64,000 nucleotides of DNA from positions 7,876,001-7,940,000 of the forward strand of contig CM052818.1 in NCBI GenBank assembly GCA_028534125.1, written 5' to 3'. How positions within the stretch are numbered: the first letter of the stretch is position 1; every line of letters begins with the position of its first letter. A program made the position numbers and the translations under genes. Under the pieces are notes generated by a model, which was not told where the DNA came from, made no database searches, and saw nothing but the letters and a program-made list of their open reading frames with translations. Positions 25,651 to 37,943 of the stretch are shown here, piece after piece. This stretch comes from Lama glama. Its lineage: Eukaryota.

Positions 25651-27049
25651 GGGGCACACATGTGCCCGTGCATGGGTGTCTGTGTGCACACTTATTCTTT
25701 TTCTAGTTCTCCCCTAGTATCAGAAACTACTCCACCTTCTTTTTTAGAAATACTGAGTGACAACTGCTTCTTCTGCTTCCTGCCTGGGGCAGTGGCTCTT
25801 TCTCTCATGCCCACTATGCATAGACAAATGTCAGTCAGTGAAGCATCCACGTGGAAAACTGAGCATGGATTATATTTGGTGATTTTCAGCATTATAAGAA
25901 AAAAAAACACCAGAGCAAGTATCAGACGCAGGAAGAAAAGGCAGAGCAACCTCTATGTGATAAAACATAATTCCTCTTTGTGATCTTTATTTTTTGGTAG
26001 GAAATTTTTTTCACTGCATAAAAATAGCGTGGGGAACCTAAATATTGTGCAGAAATTTAGTTATAACTGCTATATCCCTTTAATCTAGGGAATGGGAGGA
26101 GGGAAAGCCTTGAACTGTCGATGAAAGTTATTCCACATGTTAAATAAGAAAACAGAAATCTGAGTTGTGCAATATTTCTGATTTGTTTTTAGCATGAAGG
26201 GGAAATTGCCTCATGTGTTATCAGGAGGCTACAAGGTTCAGGGAAACAGCTGTGGGTTGGGGATCAGGAGATGTAGGTCCTGGCCCTGCCACAAACTGAG
26301 TAACCTTGACAGGCCACTTCTCCTAGTTGGGTCTATTTATTCATCTGGAAAATGCAAGCACAGAATCTAGCCCCTGCCCCCGCTGTCCCCACCTTCTTTA
26401 ACTCAAGAACTGCTTTTTACAGAACAACTACATTCTCCAGGATTTTTAAAAATATTTTATCATTTTGTGTGATATGTTATATGATATATGAAATGGTTTT
26501 AGGTTTAAAAAACATTTTTGATTAGTATTTTAATAAAAATATATTAAGATAATTTTAATAAGACCATTAATATATAACCAGAATCCTATATTTCCTTCTA
26601 TGACATTAGAAAAGAGTGAGTCATATTATCTCCATGATAATGTTTTATTTAGAATACATTTTTTCAAAGAAAAATTTTATTTAGTAAAATAGAGGACTAT
26701 AATTGGTTTTTACTTTGACCCTGATATTGTAGGGAATATTATTAGTTTGGATAATATGGAGTGAACTCTTGGGAGGTATAACTAAATCTTGTTCAAAAGC
26801 TGTACAAATTATGTTCATGTATATTTTTACCAAATACAGATTAAACTCTTTTTGATAGAAATATATAATTCTTGGTGCTGGTTATAAATAGAGATTGGGT
26901 GAATAGTGAGATGGAGAATAGGTTTTTTAACTTCCAAGGTGTTTTCAGTTTGCGTTCATGAGACTGTCTGTTGAAAATTTCCTTGACACCTGCTGGAAGG
27001 CCTCCCCTTGGAATTCAGAGATAAGCTGTCCTGAGCAGCACGTGAGGGG

Positions 27050-27280
27050 GTGCTGAGTGGAAGAATGCCAGTGCTGAAGTCAGAGGGCACACGTTCAAGT
27101 CTTGACACTCTGATTCCCGGTGCAGTAACTGGTAAATCACTTCACTTTGAGCCTCAGTTTCCTCATCTGTAAAATGAGGGTGATTTTATATCTACTTCCT
27201 AGGGTTGTTATAAGACTTAAATAAAATAAAGTATAAGACATTCCTTTGAAACAGTAACACATGAATGTTTGCTGTTACTA
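27050..27280 (+). mobile_element. MIR SINE
   Basis: tgagcctcagtttcctcatctgtaaaatgagg core; ctacttcctagggttgttataagacttaaataa. Confidence 0.85.
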
Positions 27281-27292
27281 TGTAGCATCTGG

Positions 27293-27455
27293 CAGGGCCC
27301 AGACCAGGGGGAGATGAGTGAGGTGCCAGGGCTTGGCCTTTAAAGAGGCACTTGCTTTCAGGGCTGACCTTGCACTTGCCCCATGCTGAGAGTGAGCCCC
27401 TCCTTAAATGTTGAGCCAGGCAGGCTCCCACTCCTCTTGCCCTAGTCCAGGCCTG
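27293..27455. mobile_element. MER96-like palindromic hAT MITE
   Basis: cagggcccagaccaggg ... ccctagtccaggcctg inverted termini; tttaaagaggcacttgctttcag / ctgagagtgagcccctccttaaa internal inverted arms. Confidence 0.7.
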
Positions 27456-28427
27456 GGTGTTTGGCCAAGTACAGTTCCTGTGACTAGGGGCTATACAGCT
27501 CCAGATATGGGTCTGGTTTCTGAAAAACTATTTTTGCTGTTGTTTGCTACACTTACAGTAGGTTAGGAGCAGCTGTTCCTTCTTCCCAAAAGCTGTAACA
27601 CTGCAGGTTGGATAAAATAATCCTCTAACTTCCTTTTTCCTTTCTTTCTTTCTTTCTATTCCCTGGTTATGTTACTCATATATCTGTACATGGTTAGATG
27701 TTAGGGGATACATTCATTTTATCTTCAGATATTCTTCTGGAGATAGTGTTACATTATGATGGATTGCTAAATAATACCATGTCTGCATTATTGTTTTCTG
27801 GAATTTGCAGTACTGAGGGATCTTTTAACTTGGGCTTCTTTAAATTGCTTGCTTTCAAGGTAGAAGCAATTTACTTGTCAAGTAAAAAGATGTTGCAAGG
27901 TTATCATAAAAATATTCCAGAGGTGACTGGATTTGAAAGTAGTTCTTCTAGGCTCAGAGCCAGTCCTAGAACAAAAATGCATTGCTTCTCTGCACAAAAA
28001 GATTTTTCAAGAGCTGTTCACATGTGTCTGGCTGAGGTGGGCTTTTCCGGGTAACCAGTCAGTGACAAACCTCTCATTGAGTTCTTGAAACAAGGGACGC
28101 TACTGTGAATGGTTTATTTTAGAACTTTTAAAAATTGCTTGCTAGGAGAGTTTTAAAATGTGTTGTCCATATTTCCATTTGAGTTTCCTCAAGCTGCTGT
28201 TAAAAAGGCTTGATTCACTCTTAAATTTTGCCCCATTATGCCCTATACTTAACTTGCCTTCTAACTCTTTGCAGATACACAGACATGCTTAATGATATTT
28301 TGAAGCTAAATCTGTCAGAGAGGAATCATTATTTTTAAAAAATATGTGGAAATATAGTCAGCTTCAATGATTAATAAAGTCTGTAGAGGCAGGAGAACTG
28401 GAAAACAGAGAGATTCCCCAGGAAATG

Positions 28428-28927
28428 NNNNNNNNNNNNNNNNNNNNNNNNNNNNNNNNNNNNNNNNNNNNNNNNNNNNNNNNNNNNNNNNNNNNNNNNN
28501 NNNNNNNNNNNNNNNNNNNNNNNNNNNNNNNNNNNNNNNNNNNNNNNNNNNNNNNNNNNNNNNNNNNNNNNNNNNNNNNNNNNNNNNNNNNNNNNNNNNN
28601 NNNNNNNNNNNNNNNNNNNNNNNNNNNNNNNNNNNNNNNNNNNNNNNNNNNNNNNNNNNNNNNNNNNNNNNNNNNNNNNNNNNNNNNNNNNNNNNNNNNN
28701 NNNNNNNNNNNNNNNNNNNNNNNNNNNNNNNNNNNNNNNNNNNNNNNNNNNNNNNNNNNNNNNNNNNNNNNNNNNNNNNNNNNNNNNNNNNNNNNNNNNN
28801 NNNNNNNNNNNNNNNNNNNNNNNNNNNNNNNNNNNNNNNNNNNNNNNNNNNNNNNNNNNNNNNNNNNNNNNNNNNNNNNNNNNNNNNNNNNNNNNNNNNN
28901 NNNNNNNNNNNNNNNNNNNNNNNNNNN
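28428..28927. other. Assembly gap (500 N)
   Basis: Run of exactly 500 N. The right flank begins inside an L1. Confidence 1.
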
Positions 28928-29026
28928 GTTTTTATGGCTGAGTAGTATTCCATTGTATAAATATACCACATCTTCTTTATCCAGTCACCTGTTGATGGAC
29001 ATTTAGGCTGTTTCCATGTTTTGGCA
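28928..29026 (-). mobile_element. L1 ORF2 C-terminal fragment abutting the gap
   Basis: Minus-strand frame reads WYIYTMEYYSAIK, the L1 ORF2 C-terminal motif. Confidence 0.92.
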
Positions 29027-30829
29027 GTATTCTCTTTCTATATTGTGTTATTGCCATGTATTGTTCAAATGTGCCTCAAAATATAAATTTATGATGCTAT
29101 GTAGATTGAAAGTTAAATCCCAGAGTTTGTATTGAGCACCTACAGTGTGCCTTGCCCTAAGTGGCAGAGAACACCCACAAAAATGTATCTTTCTCTTCAA
29201 GAAGTTTATAATTTCCAAAGTGAAATAAGACCTTATATACATACGTGAAACAATTTAAAAATTACAAGACCGGATAATAATACTCAAGTGTCAAAATTTG
29301 TGATGTTTTCCCAAGTACAAAAGAAAGGTGAGCTCCACAACAGTTGGACTGGCTGGAGATGACTGTTTTGTTGCTCTTAGTTTATTTGGAGGGAAAGGGC
29401 AGCAAGATGATTATACGTGTGTTAATAGCACCCAGGCTGGTACATACATCCAACATATGAAAGAGCATTTTCTTAAGTACTCTGTGTTATATAACCAGTC
29501 CTCTTCAGGGAGCTCAAGAGAATATTTAAATATGCACCTTTAAAACGACACAATTCATTTAAACTTTCTCTAATATATTCAGTTAATTGCTAGACCCTCG
29601 TCACCTGCTGGGAATGTTATGAGTAGGAGCTGCCACACTGTTTATATAATTTAATAATTTAGAAAGCTGAAAGATGGGATGATGACTTCAGTTATGAACA
29701 GTTGATTCACATTGATAGTTTTCTCTTTTTTCGGGTGTTTAGCTTACGGTCCTAATGAGATTAGAGCAAAACCAATCATATCTGTTTCCATCAAACTGTA
29801 TAACAGGCTCTTTAGAAAAGTTTTCAAATGTCCTTCTAATCTTTGGGCAGCAGTGAAAACCCCATCCCTGGCCCCTTCCCTGGCCAATTCTGCATCCTCT
29901 CAGTTGTTGACCCTGTAGAGTGACCTTCCCTTCAGTTCAGGAGCAGTGGACAGTAATCTGAGTGAATTGTTCTGATTCAAGAGATAGTAGATTCAAGTGT
30001 GGGGATGGCGTTGCTACTGGTCCCATTGACCTCAACCAGCTGGCAGAAATCACACTTTTCTCTATCCCTCTGGTGGCATTTTCTTAAGATGAATACCCTG
30101 AATTATAACTCTTGTCCCCTTCAGCCTGTAAATTCCTTGAGAGAAGAAGCCGTGCCTGATTCATTTTTAAACCCCTCAGAAACTTTAGCAGAGTATTAAA
30201 GTTGCGTAGTGAAGCCATTTAGTCAATATATGTGACTGTGTAAAGGCTAGATAAGTATATGTATTTCTGGAGCTCGGTCTCTCTCACAATTTTGCAGACT
30301 CTTACAGCATCTTTGATAAGCTTCTCTGCGAAAATGTTGGCTAGGCAAGTTCAGTTAAAATATAGTAGAAACGTTTATCCTGGTATCTCTAAGTATACAT
30401 TTAATTGTACAAAAAATTTACAGTGTGACACTGTGTCAACAGTTGCAAATTGACTGTATATGATCTTAATCAGTGCGGCCTGAAGGATCAGTATAATAAT
30501 ACTTTTGACCTAAGACTTCCTTTTCAGCTTCTCTCACAAAGAGACCCTAGTACACATTTTGATTTGTAATTGGAAATACAACTTTCACTGAAAGTGTCAC
30601 GTGACATTTGCATTTCTTTTAACTGCTGTTTATCTAGAAAACTATACCTTTTGACTCTATCAGTTATTTATCTTGTGCACAGGAAAAAGGACATTAAAAA
30701 TAACTAAAAAATTGAAAATGTAGAGGAAAACCTGTCAAGCCCATACAGCATTGTGTCTTCCTCTGCAGCCTCGTCTCTCTCTATCCATGTCACATATTTC
30801 TTTTCTGCTTCCAATTGTAATAATAACAA

Positions 30830-30960
30830 TATTATTATAACTGGCACAGAGAGGTTAACTAACCCACCTGAGGATGCATAGCTAATAAAACCCAGAGCCA
30901 GGGTTTGAACTCAGGCAGTTTAACCCTAGCGTTCATGCTGTTGTCCACCATACCATTTTT
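30830..30960 (-). mobile_element. MIR fragment
   Basis: ggcacagagaggttaactaacccacctgaggatgcatagctaataaa...gagccagggtttgaactcaggcag. Confidence 0.75.
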
Positions 30961-31756
30961 GGAATAGTATCAGAAACATGGAGAGCTCCATAAACATCCA
31001 TCTTCTTGCTGTTAGTTTCAGCCCCATTCTTTTGTGAAAGGAACTCCAATACCAGATCCACTGCTAAATTACTCTAGAATAAGGCTTGTTTATATTCTGC
31101 TTTCTGGTGACCAACCTAGAAGTCCTTTAGAGTGTGGACATGCCCCTTCAGCAATGGAGAAATGGTCATAGGTACAGTCACAAAACCAATTAGCCAAAAT
31201 TAGCATCTAAAGGGATTCCCTGTCAGAAAGGATGAAGAATAGCTGTTTTACTTCTATCACTGTTAGTTGCTTTTGGGGGAAAAAAAGGGGGGGGAAGTGA
31301 CTTATTTTCCTAGGTAAGGCTTTATCTATATATATTTTTGTTAATCTTATGAAAATACCAGACCACATTCCTGGCTTCATCTCTAACCCCAGTTCTTTCA
31401 CAGCAGAGAGAGTTATCTGTACTGACATAAAGAGGAAAAGGTGGCCATCATCTAAAATGACAAATGATCCAGATATCATTTTTATTTTGACTTTGGAATG
31501 TAATCAGAGACTCTACCAACTTGTTGCCAGCAGTCTCAGCCTGACTGCCTATAGTTTGTGGCTTCATTGAGTAGCAGAATGGAACAGGTCAAAGATAATC
31601 TGCTTGATACTGAGAACTGAAACTGTATTTATATATTATAGAAGCATATACATTTAATTCTAATAATATGAATACTTTTAATCTGTGATTCTTAAATGAA
31701 GCATATTGGTTATATACTAGACATTTTAATTTTCTTTAAATGAGGCTTTGACTATA

Positions 31757-31870
31757 TTTGAATTCATTCAATAAATATTGACTCCCTACTATGTGTCAGA
31801 CACTATTCTTGGTGCTTAAGATATATCAGTGGCCAAAGAATAGCTCCCACCCTCCAGGGACTTTATACTC
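31757..31870 (-). mobile_element. L2 3' end
   Basis: ttcattcaataaatattgactccctactatgtgtcagacactattcttggtgct. Confidence 0.8.
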
Positions 31871-32197
31871 GAGCTTTAGAGTAACTAAATGGTGATTTTG
31901 GTATAGGAACTCACACTGTAACTTTTTCAAGTGAAGGCTGGGTACTTGATATACAAGAGTAACTTATAAATTTTTAGTATATTTCCAAGTGACAAGGCAC
32001 TTTTCTTCTCAAGAATTCACTTAAATAATACATGCAACAGTAAAAAGAAAGAAAGAAAGAAAGAAAAGAAAGGATAGTATAATATAGAAAAAAATAGTGT
32101 AGAATGGCCCTGTCTTGGGACAATTTAAACCTAGTCTTAGGAGATCCTGTCATCACCCCAGAGATAGTCAAGAAAATAAGTTAGAACTATGGCTCTA

Positions 32198-32298
32198 GGT
32201 GGGTAAGTATAGCTCAGTGGTAGAGCGCATGCTTAGCTTGCACGAGGTCTAGGGTTCAATCCCAGTTACCTCCATTATAAATAAATAAATAATTTTTA
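32198..32298 (+). mobile_element. tRNA-Ala-derived SINE (camelid vic-1-like) with TSD
   Basis: gtatagctcagtggtagagcgcatgcttagcttgcacgaggtctagggttcaatccc with Pol III A/B boxes and an AGC anticodon-like loop; (taaa)n tail; TSD aagttagaactatggctcta (32178-32197) vs aagatagaactatggctgta (32299-32318). Confidence 0.9.
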
Positions 32299-32597
32299 AA
32301 GATAGAACTATGGCTGTAAACATCTTTACTACTGAGAATTCTTTTTAATTCTGTACCTAGTGTTTTGAAAATTTTAATACTTTAAACAAATCCCATTTGT
32401 TAAGTAATAATAGTTTTATTAACCATTATGTATATATAAATTCTGCTACTTCTGTAAGTACCAAAAGGCCCTGCAACCAGGAGTACAGGAGGGATATAGA
32501 TCCAAAGGACAGATTGAGCTCTGGCACATTCCTACTCAGTTGGAATGGATCGCTATGCCCAGTCTGCTACCCTAGGAGCCCTTGTTTCGGGCTGTTG

Positions 32598-32655
32598 AGT
32601 GTGTGTGTCTGTGTGTGTGTGTCTATGTGTGTGTGTGTGCACGCGCGCGCGTGTT
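32598..32655. repeat. (TG)n-(CG)n compound microsatellite
   Basis: gtgtgtgtgtctgtgtgtgtgt...gtgtgcacgcgcgcgcgtgt seen directly. Confidence 0.95.
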
Positions 32656-32739
32656 CATGCACCTGCAGAGATAAGTGGTGGTATTAGAAGTCATGTGGGC
32701 TTTTAAGATACCCCTTCATGAGAAGTGCAGTATGGTTGG

Positions 32740-33192
32740 TGTATTAGTTTCTTAGGGCTGCTAAAACAAATGACCACAAACTTGGTTGCTTAAAACAACA
32801 AAAATGTGTTCTTTCATAGTTCTAGAGGCCAGAAGTCTCAAATCAAGGTGTAGGACAGACTGAGCTCCCTCTAATGGCTTTGGAAGAGAATTCTTGCCTC
32901 TTCCAGTTTCTGCTGGCTCCAGGCATTCCTTGGCTTGTGGCTGCATAACCCCAATCTCTGCCTCAGTCTTCACATGGCCTTCTTCTCCTTTCTGTCTGTG
33001 TATTTCCTTCTGCTGTCTCTTACAAAGACAAGTGTCATTGGATTTAGGGCCCACCAGCTAATCTAGGATGATCCCATCTCAATACTTTTAATTATATCTG
33101 CAAAGACCCTTTTTCCAAATAAGGTCACACCCACAGTTCCAGGGATTATTATGTGAACAACTCTTTTAGGGGCTACCATTCAACCCACTACA
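32740..33192 (-). mobile_element. MLT1C/B-like MaLR solo LTR, full length
   Basis: TG...CA termini: tgtattagtttcttagggctgc ... ccattcaacccactaca; agttctagaggccagaagtctcaaatcaagg; tctgcaaagaccctttttccaaataaggtcaca. Confidence 0.92.
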
Positions 33193-33268
33193 ACTGGGTA
33201 GGCCCAAAAAAGCCATCAATGCCAGAAATTAAAGCATTAGGTAAAGTTTTAAAATTCTTCCTCCTTTT

Positions 33269-33512
33269 CCAACACCCCATTCTGTGCCCTTGTCTGAGGT
33301 ATCTTGTCACTGCCTCAGCTCCCAGTTGAATGTTGCCATTAGACTTCAGCTCTGCTCTTGACTCTGAGATCTGGTTCCTCATTTTGGTTCCCAACACCCC
33401 ATTCTGTGCCCTTGTCTGAGGTATCTGGTCACTGCCTCAGCTCCCAGTTGAATGTTGCCATTAGGCTTAAGCTCTGCTCTTGACTCTGAGATCTGGTTCC
33501 TCATTCTGGTTC
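33269..33512. repeat. Head-to-tail tandem duplication, 2 x 122 bp
   Basis: 33269-33390 and 33391-33512 align without gaps with 4 substitutions by my count. Confidence 0.97.
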
Positions 33513-35065
33513 TCATCTCAGCTTAACCCCTGCAGTAGCACTTGGTATCCCCTTGCCTGAATGACTTCTACTGACTCTGCAGCCCATCCAGGTTTGCACC
33601 CTGTGTGCTCAGTGTGGCTTACTCCCCCATTGCCCAGTCTTGTTCCCAATAGGACACACCCAGAGTGTGTCAGTTAGCCAAGTCCTTGCTACAGGAGGAC
33701 ATGACCTCCCAAGGGTCCTCCACATGGCCTGGGTAGAGCTAGAAACCACTGCCTACCCAGAGTTATGCTTATAAAAATTTACAAGCCCAGGATTAACATG
33801 AAATGATCCTCCAGCATGGTGACAGAAAGCAGGTATGTGCCCGAGCCTCTGTATTCCATAACTTCCTTTTGGCCTGAAGTTCTTTTCACCCAGAAGGACT
33901 GGTTCTGAGTGCTTGAGATTTATATTACTCTATTTTGAAAATTATATTTCAGATATGCTTTGAGATAAACCCATCTTGTTTCTTTTATGTCCAAATTCTG
34001 CATTTCATTTTTTCTTATGGGTCTTTTGCACTCTTGATAATGATGTTCTTTTTTTTTCCTTCCCTTCAGAATGAACCAATTACAATTTTCCATTTGACAA
34101 TAAATTTCCTCATACTTTATTTCCTGTTTTCCAGGTCATTTGTTTTTTTAAATGACTCAGATCTAACTGAGAATTTGTTAGCAGCTCCAAAGTATGATTC
34201 ACTATAATTCTCCTTGAAGGTGAAAAGTGAAAAGTGTAGGAGCAAGTCTAGCCTTTAGCCTGAGGCTTCTATACTAGAATCCTAAACACTGAGTGTATCA
34301 TGTAATTTTGACTGACCTACAGGCTGACATTTTCCCCCACCAAAGATATCCAGAGACTTCACACCTGCCAAATCACCACCAGAACCTCTGTGCCTTAAAG
34401 ACCCATAAAAGTAATAAATGCAACTATTGTGAGAATTACTTGTTATTCACATATTTAAGTTTACAGTCTTGCTTTGCATTATTGCTTTGTAAATAATAAG
34501 TTTTTATAAGATATCTCATGCCTGAGGAAGTATCACGGTATCAATTTGATTAAGACATCAACTTACTACAAGAATGAGATTACAAGATATTTTTTGCAGA
34601 CTGCTTACATGAACATTAGCACAATATACTTATTATGTTAACTGGGCTTCCAAATTTGGGCAACCTACCTAGTTCAGTAGACTGAGCACTAGATTGGCAA
34701 TAAAGTACTCCTAAATTCTAACTTCAGTTCTACTACTGATTGTCTCTGTGTAGTAAGTAAACCATTTGTTGTTTCTATGCCTTTGACCTTGAGAAATATA
34801 AAAGTCAAAAAAGAGTACGGCATGGCCAGTTGAGTCCTGAATATTTAATTTGAGGAATTCTTGGTAGCAGGGCCAGCTTTTATTGTCTAATACACTATTT
34901 ATGGGGCAGTGCATCAGTGGCTTCTCCTCCTAGCTCCCCAGCCTCCCACTGGCCCCCCACCACACACTCCAACCTCTCCTAACAGGGGCTTTTTTGTGGC
35001 CAATACAATAGCCACTATCCTGGGAACCAAGTAGGTAAGCAACTGAAATATATTCTGTTAGTTTT

Positions 35066-35384
35066 TTTTTTAAGTGGTATGGTTCCTGTACAGTAAACTA
35101 CACATATTTCAAATGTACAATTTGATGAATTTTGATAAATGTATGCACCAATGAAATCACTACCACAATCAAGATAGCTAGCATTTCCATCACTCCCCAA
35201 GAGGTGCAATTTTTGTATTCCCAATTTACCCCTCCCACTCCCTTCCCCTTTACCCCCTGGTAACAATAAGGTTGTTCTCTATGTGAGTCTGTTTCTGTTT
35301 TGTAGATAAGTTCATTTGGATACTTTTTTTTTTAGATTCCACATATAAGCGATATCATATGGCATTTTTCTTTCTCTTTCTAGC
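35066..35384 (-). mobile_element. Composite L1 3' end: young-type 3'UTR (35205-35384) joined to an old L1M-type terminus (35072-35204)
   Basis: The young part resembles 47640-47810 in reverse. The old part reads gggagtgatggaaatgctagctatcttgattgtggtagtg on the minus strand. Poly(T) at 35062-35071; flanking repeat tatattctgttagtttt / tagattctgttattttt. Confidence 0.8.
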
Positions 35385-35839
35385 TAGATTCTGTTATTTT
35401 TGTGTATTTATTCAGATAGCACTTATGCTTCTTTTCTAAAGTTAGGCTGCCCAATTATACAGGTGATTTCAGACTACAATAAAGAGCTTTAAAATAATGA
35501 TAATAATGCCACAAATGACCAAGTTAAGAACTAATATTCTTTTACCCAGAAAATGAGAAACTTGTCTGGGGTGGAGATGAGTTTATTGCAATCAGCTTCA
35601 ACTGTTTGAAACATTACTTTTTGGATAATATCTTTGTTCTTTATTCCCACTAAGATTAGGGTAAGAAAGTAATCAGGAAGGAATTACATTAGATACAGAT
35701 AGAAAGGCCTATTAAGACACCGGTTAGTTGTCTTCTCTAAAGGAAAAAATAGATCCTGATCTGTTACAGCTTTCACAGAGTCAAAGAAGTGAATTGTTGC
35801 TTCACAGCTCTTCACGCCCGTCAGCTTCCCAGAGTTTAA

Positions 35840-36110
35840 ATACCTCCTGAAGAAACGTGGTAGCTTCCCTTAGTGTCTTATTTCAGTGTCTTTTAACTCT
35901 TGTAGCAAGAACATATCAATGCTGAATAGAAGCCCCTCTGTATATTTAGGCTTATTTCCTCTTTCCTCTGGGAAGAGGACAGATGATCTTCACACCATGT
36001 GACATCCCTCAAATACTAAATCCCTATGTCATTGTCCTTTTTTCTCCTAGCTCTCACTAGGTCTATTTCCCAAAGACTTAACTATTGTTGTTCCTCTGAT
36101 TTTATGATGA
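35840..36110 (-). mobile_element. Possible L3/CR1 fragment
   Basis: Weak resemblance to CR1 antisense (cttcccttagtgtcttatttcagtgtc...ccatgtgacatccctcaaatact). Highly diverged. Confidence 0.4.
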
Positions 36111-36609
36111 ATGGCAATTTTGACACCCCTGGCCCTGAGAAGCAGAGAATTCTTGGCTTTATCTTTGCACTGAGAATTTAAATGCAATGGAATGTATGAG
36201 CAGAAATAGGTCATTTTTCCTCCGCAGATCACCAAGTGCAAGCTTTTCATAAAAAATAGTATATCAATTTTCTATTGAAAATACATTTTTATGAAGCACG
36301 AAAAAATTTAATCTCAAGCTCTGTAGCTGTCAGAGAGATGAATGGCTCTTCTAGTTTTTTTGAAGCAGCTACCAACAAATATGAGGACTAGGTATCATTT
36401 TTCTTCTTGGTGAACTGTCAGGCATCTCTTTATGAAACTGGCACATTATAAGTGGCTGAAGTAGCTTCTCATTATCAGGAGATGGTGCAAACAATTGTTT
36501 CTTTACCCATGGCTTATAGTCTTGTTGCCTAGGACTGAAAGATATTCTGAGTTGAATAGTACTTAATGCAGAGAATTGATTAAGTGCTGTTTTACATTTA
36601 TTTTGAAAT

Positions 36610-37182
36610 TATTTTTATTAGGGTGAAATTCACATAACATAAAATTGGCCATTTGAAAGTGAACAATTCAGTCTCATTTAGTACATTCACAGTACTGTGC
36701 AACCACCATCTAATCTATATCAAGTTTCAAAATATTTTTATTGCTCCATTAAGAAGTCTCCATACCTTACTACCTCAAGGTTCTAGTAACTATCAGTCTG
36801 CTTTCTGTCCTATGAGTTTACCTCTTCTATTTCATATAAATGGATTCATACAATATGTTACTTTTTGTATGTGACTTCTTTGACTTAACACAATGTTTTC
36901 AAGGTTCATCCATATGGTATCATTATCAGTACTTCATTCCTTTTTCATGACTAGATAATATTCTATTGTATGTAATACCATATTTTGTTTTCCCATTCAT
37001 CCACTGATGGATTGTTTCCACCTTTTGGTTATTGTGACTACTGCTGCTATGAACATTCATGTACAAGTATTTGTTTGGGTACCTGTTTTCATTCTTTTGG
37101 TAATATACCTAGGGATGGAACAGCTGGGTCAAACAGTGTTTCTTTGTTTAACCTTTGAAGAAACTGCCAAACTGTTTTTCTA
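36610..37182 (-). mobile_element. L1MB-like 3' end
   Basis: ttattagggtgaaattcacataacataaaattggccatttgaaagtgaacaattcagt ... ctgctatgaacattcatgtacaagt ... gaagaaactgccaaactgttttt. Confidence 0.92.
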
Positions 37183-37943
37183 CATTTATTTCTGAAAGGG
37201 AAAGCCCACAGCATTAATGAAATGAATGTGTCTTAGCAGGAGGGACAGAGCCCTCTTGAACCTCTAAAGAGAATTCTCAAAAAATCAAAAGGCACAGAGT
37301 CATTGGCAGCAAAGGTGTTCTAGTTGACTGACCACTGCTCCCGCACTCCTGCACAGATAGAACTGAAACAACAATCATTATGGTCTCCAGGGAAATACCA
37401 GGGAAAGAAATCTCAAATCAGCTCCAAACTCCAGCCAAGTTTTTGCCATATGGTTTCCTTGGGATGCTTCAATCAGTGCAGATGTTTTGCCCTTTGGCCA
37501 CGTTGCTACTTTAACTAACCTCAAGCCCTATTAAGAGAATTGCTTTTAACAAAGAAGCTCATTCTGATGAGGTCTATTCTGAGAAAAACCTAAAAAACAG
37601 TCTAAAATTCCCAGAAATCAGATTTATGTCCCTTTCTTCCTGTCAGCATAAGGATCCATACTTTGAATGTTGGTAAATTTTAGCAAATTAATTACTACTT
37701 AGTTATCACGTAGGAAGACATCTGCACATTTCCCCAAAAACTGTTACTCTGTTGTGGGCTAATTGGTATAAAAATTAATCTAATTTGCCTATTGTTGAAG
37801 TAGAATGGACTCATAAAAGCCCATGCCTATGTTCGGTTTTCTGAACGTCCCCATAGACATCCACTTTGTGACATTGATATTGAAGATCCAGTGGGACACT
37901 GAATGATAAACAGCCCACACCTATCCTACAGTGTCAATAGGCC

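Noticed and set aside
28315..29006. Long ORFs of 192-218 aa in the track
   Set aside because: Artefacts of translating through the 500-N gap; the only real residues of note are an L1 ORF2 motif.
30298..30344. Plus-strand 47-nt exon candidate (ttttgcag|...TAG|gcaagt)
   Set aside because: It needs a GC donor, I found no partner exons, and the peptide is unrecognised; chance is sufficient.
32198..32276. Functional tRNA-Ala(AGC) gene
   Set aside because: The acceptor and T stems are mismatched, and it has an A-rich tail and a TSD, so it is a SINE.
33269..33512. CRISPR-like or minisatellite array
   Set aside because: Only two adjacent copies with no spacers, in a mammalian context.
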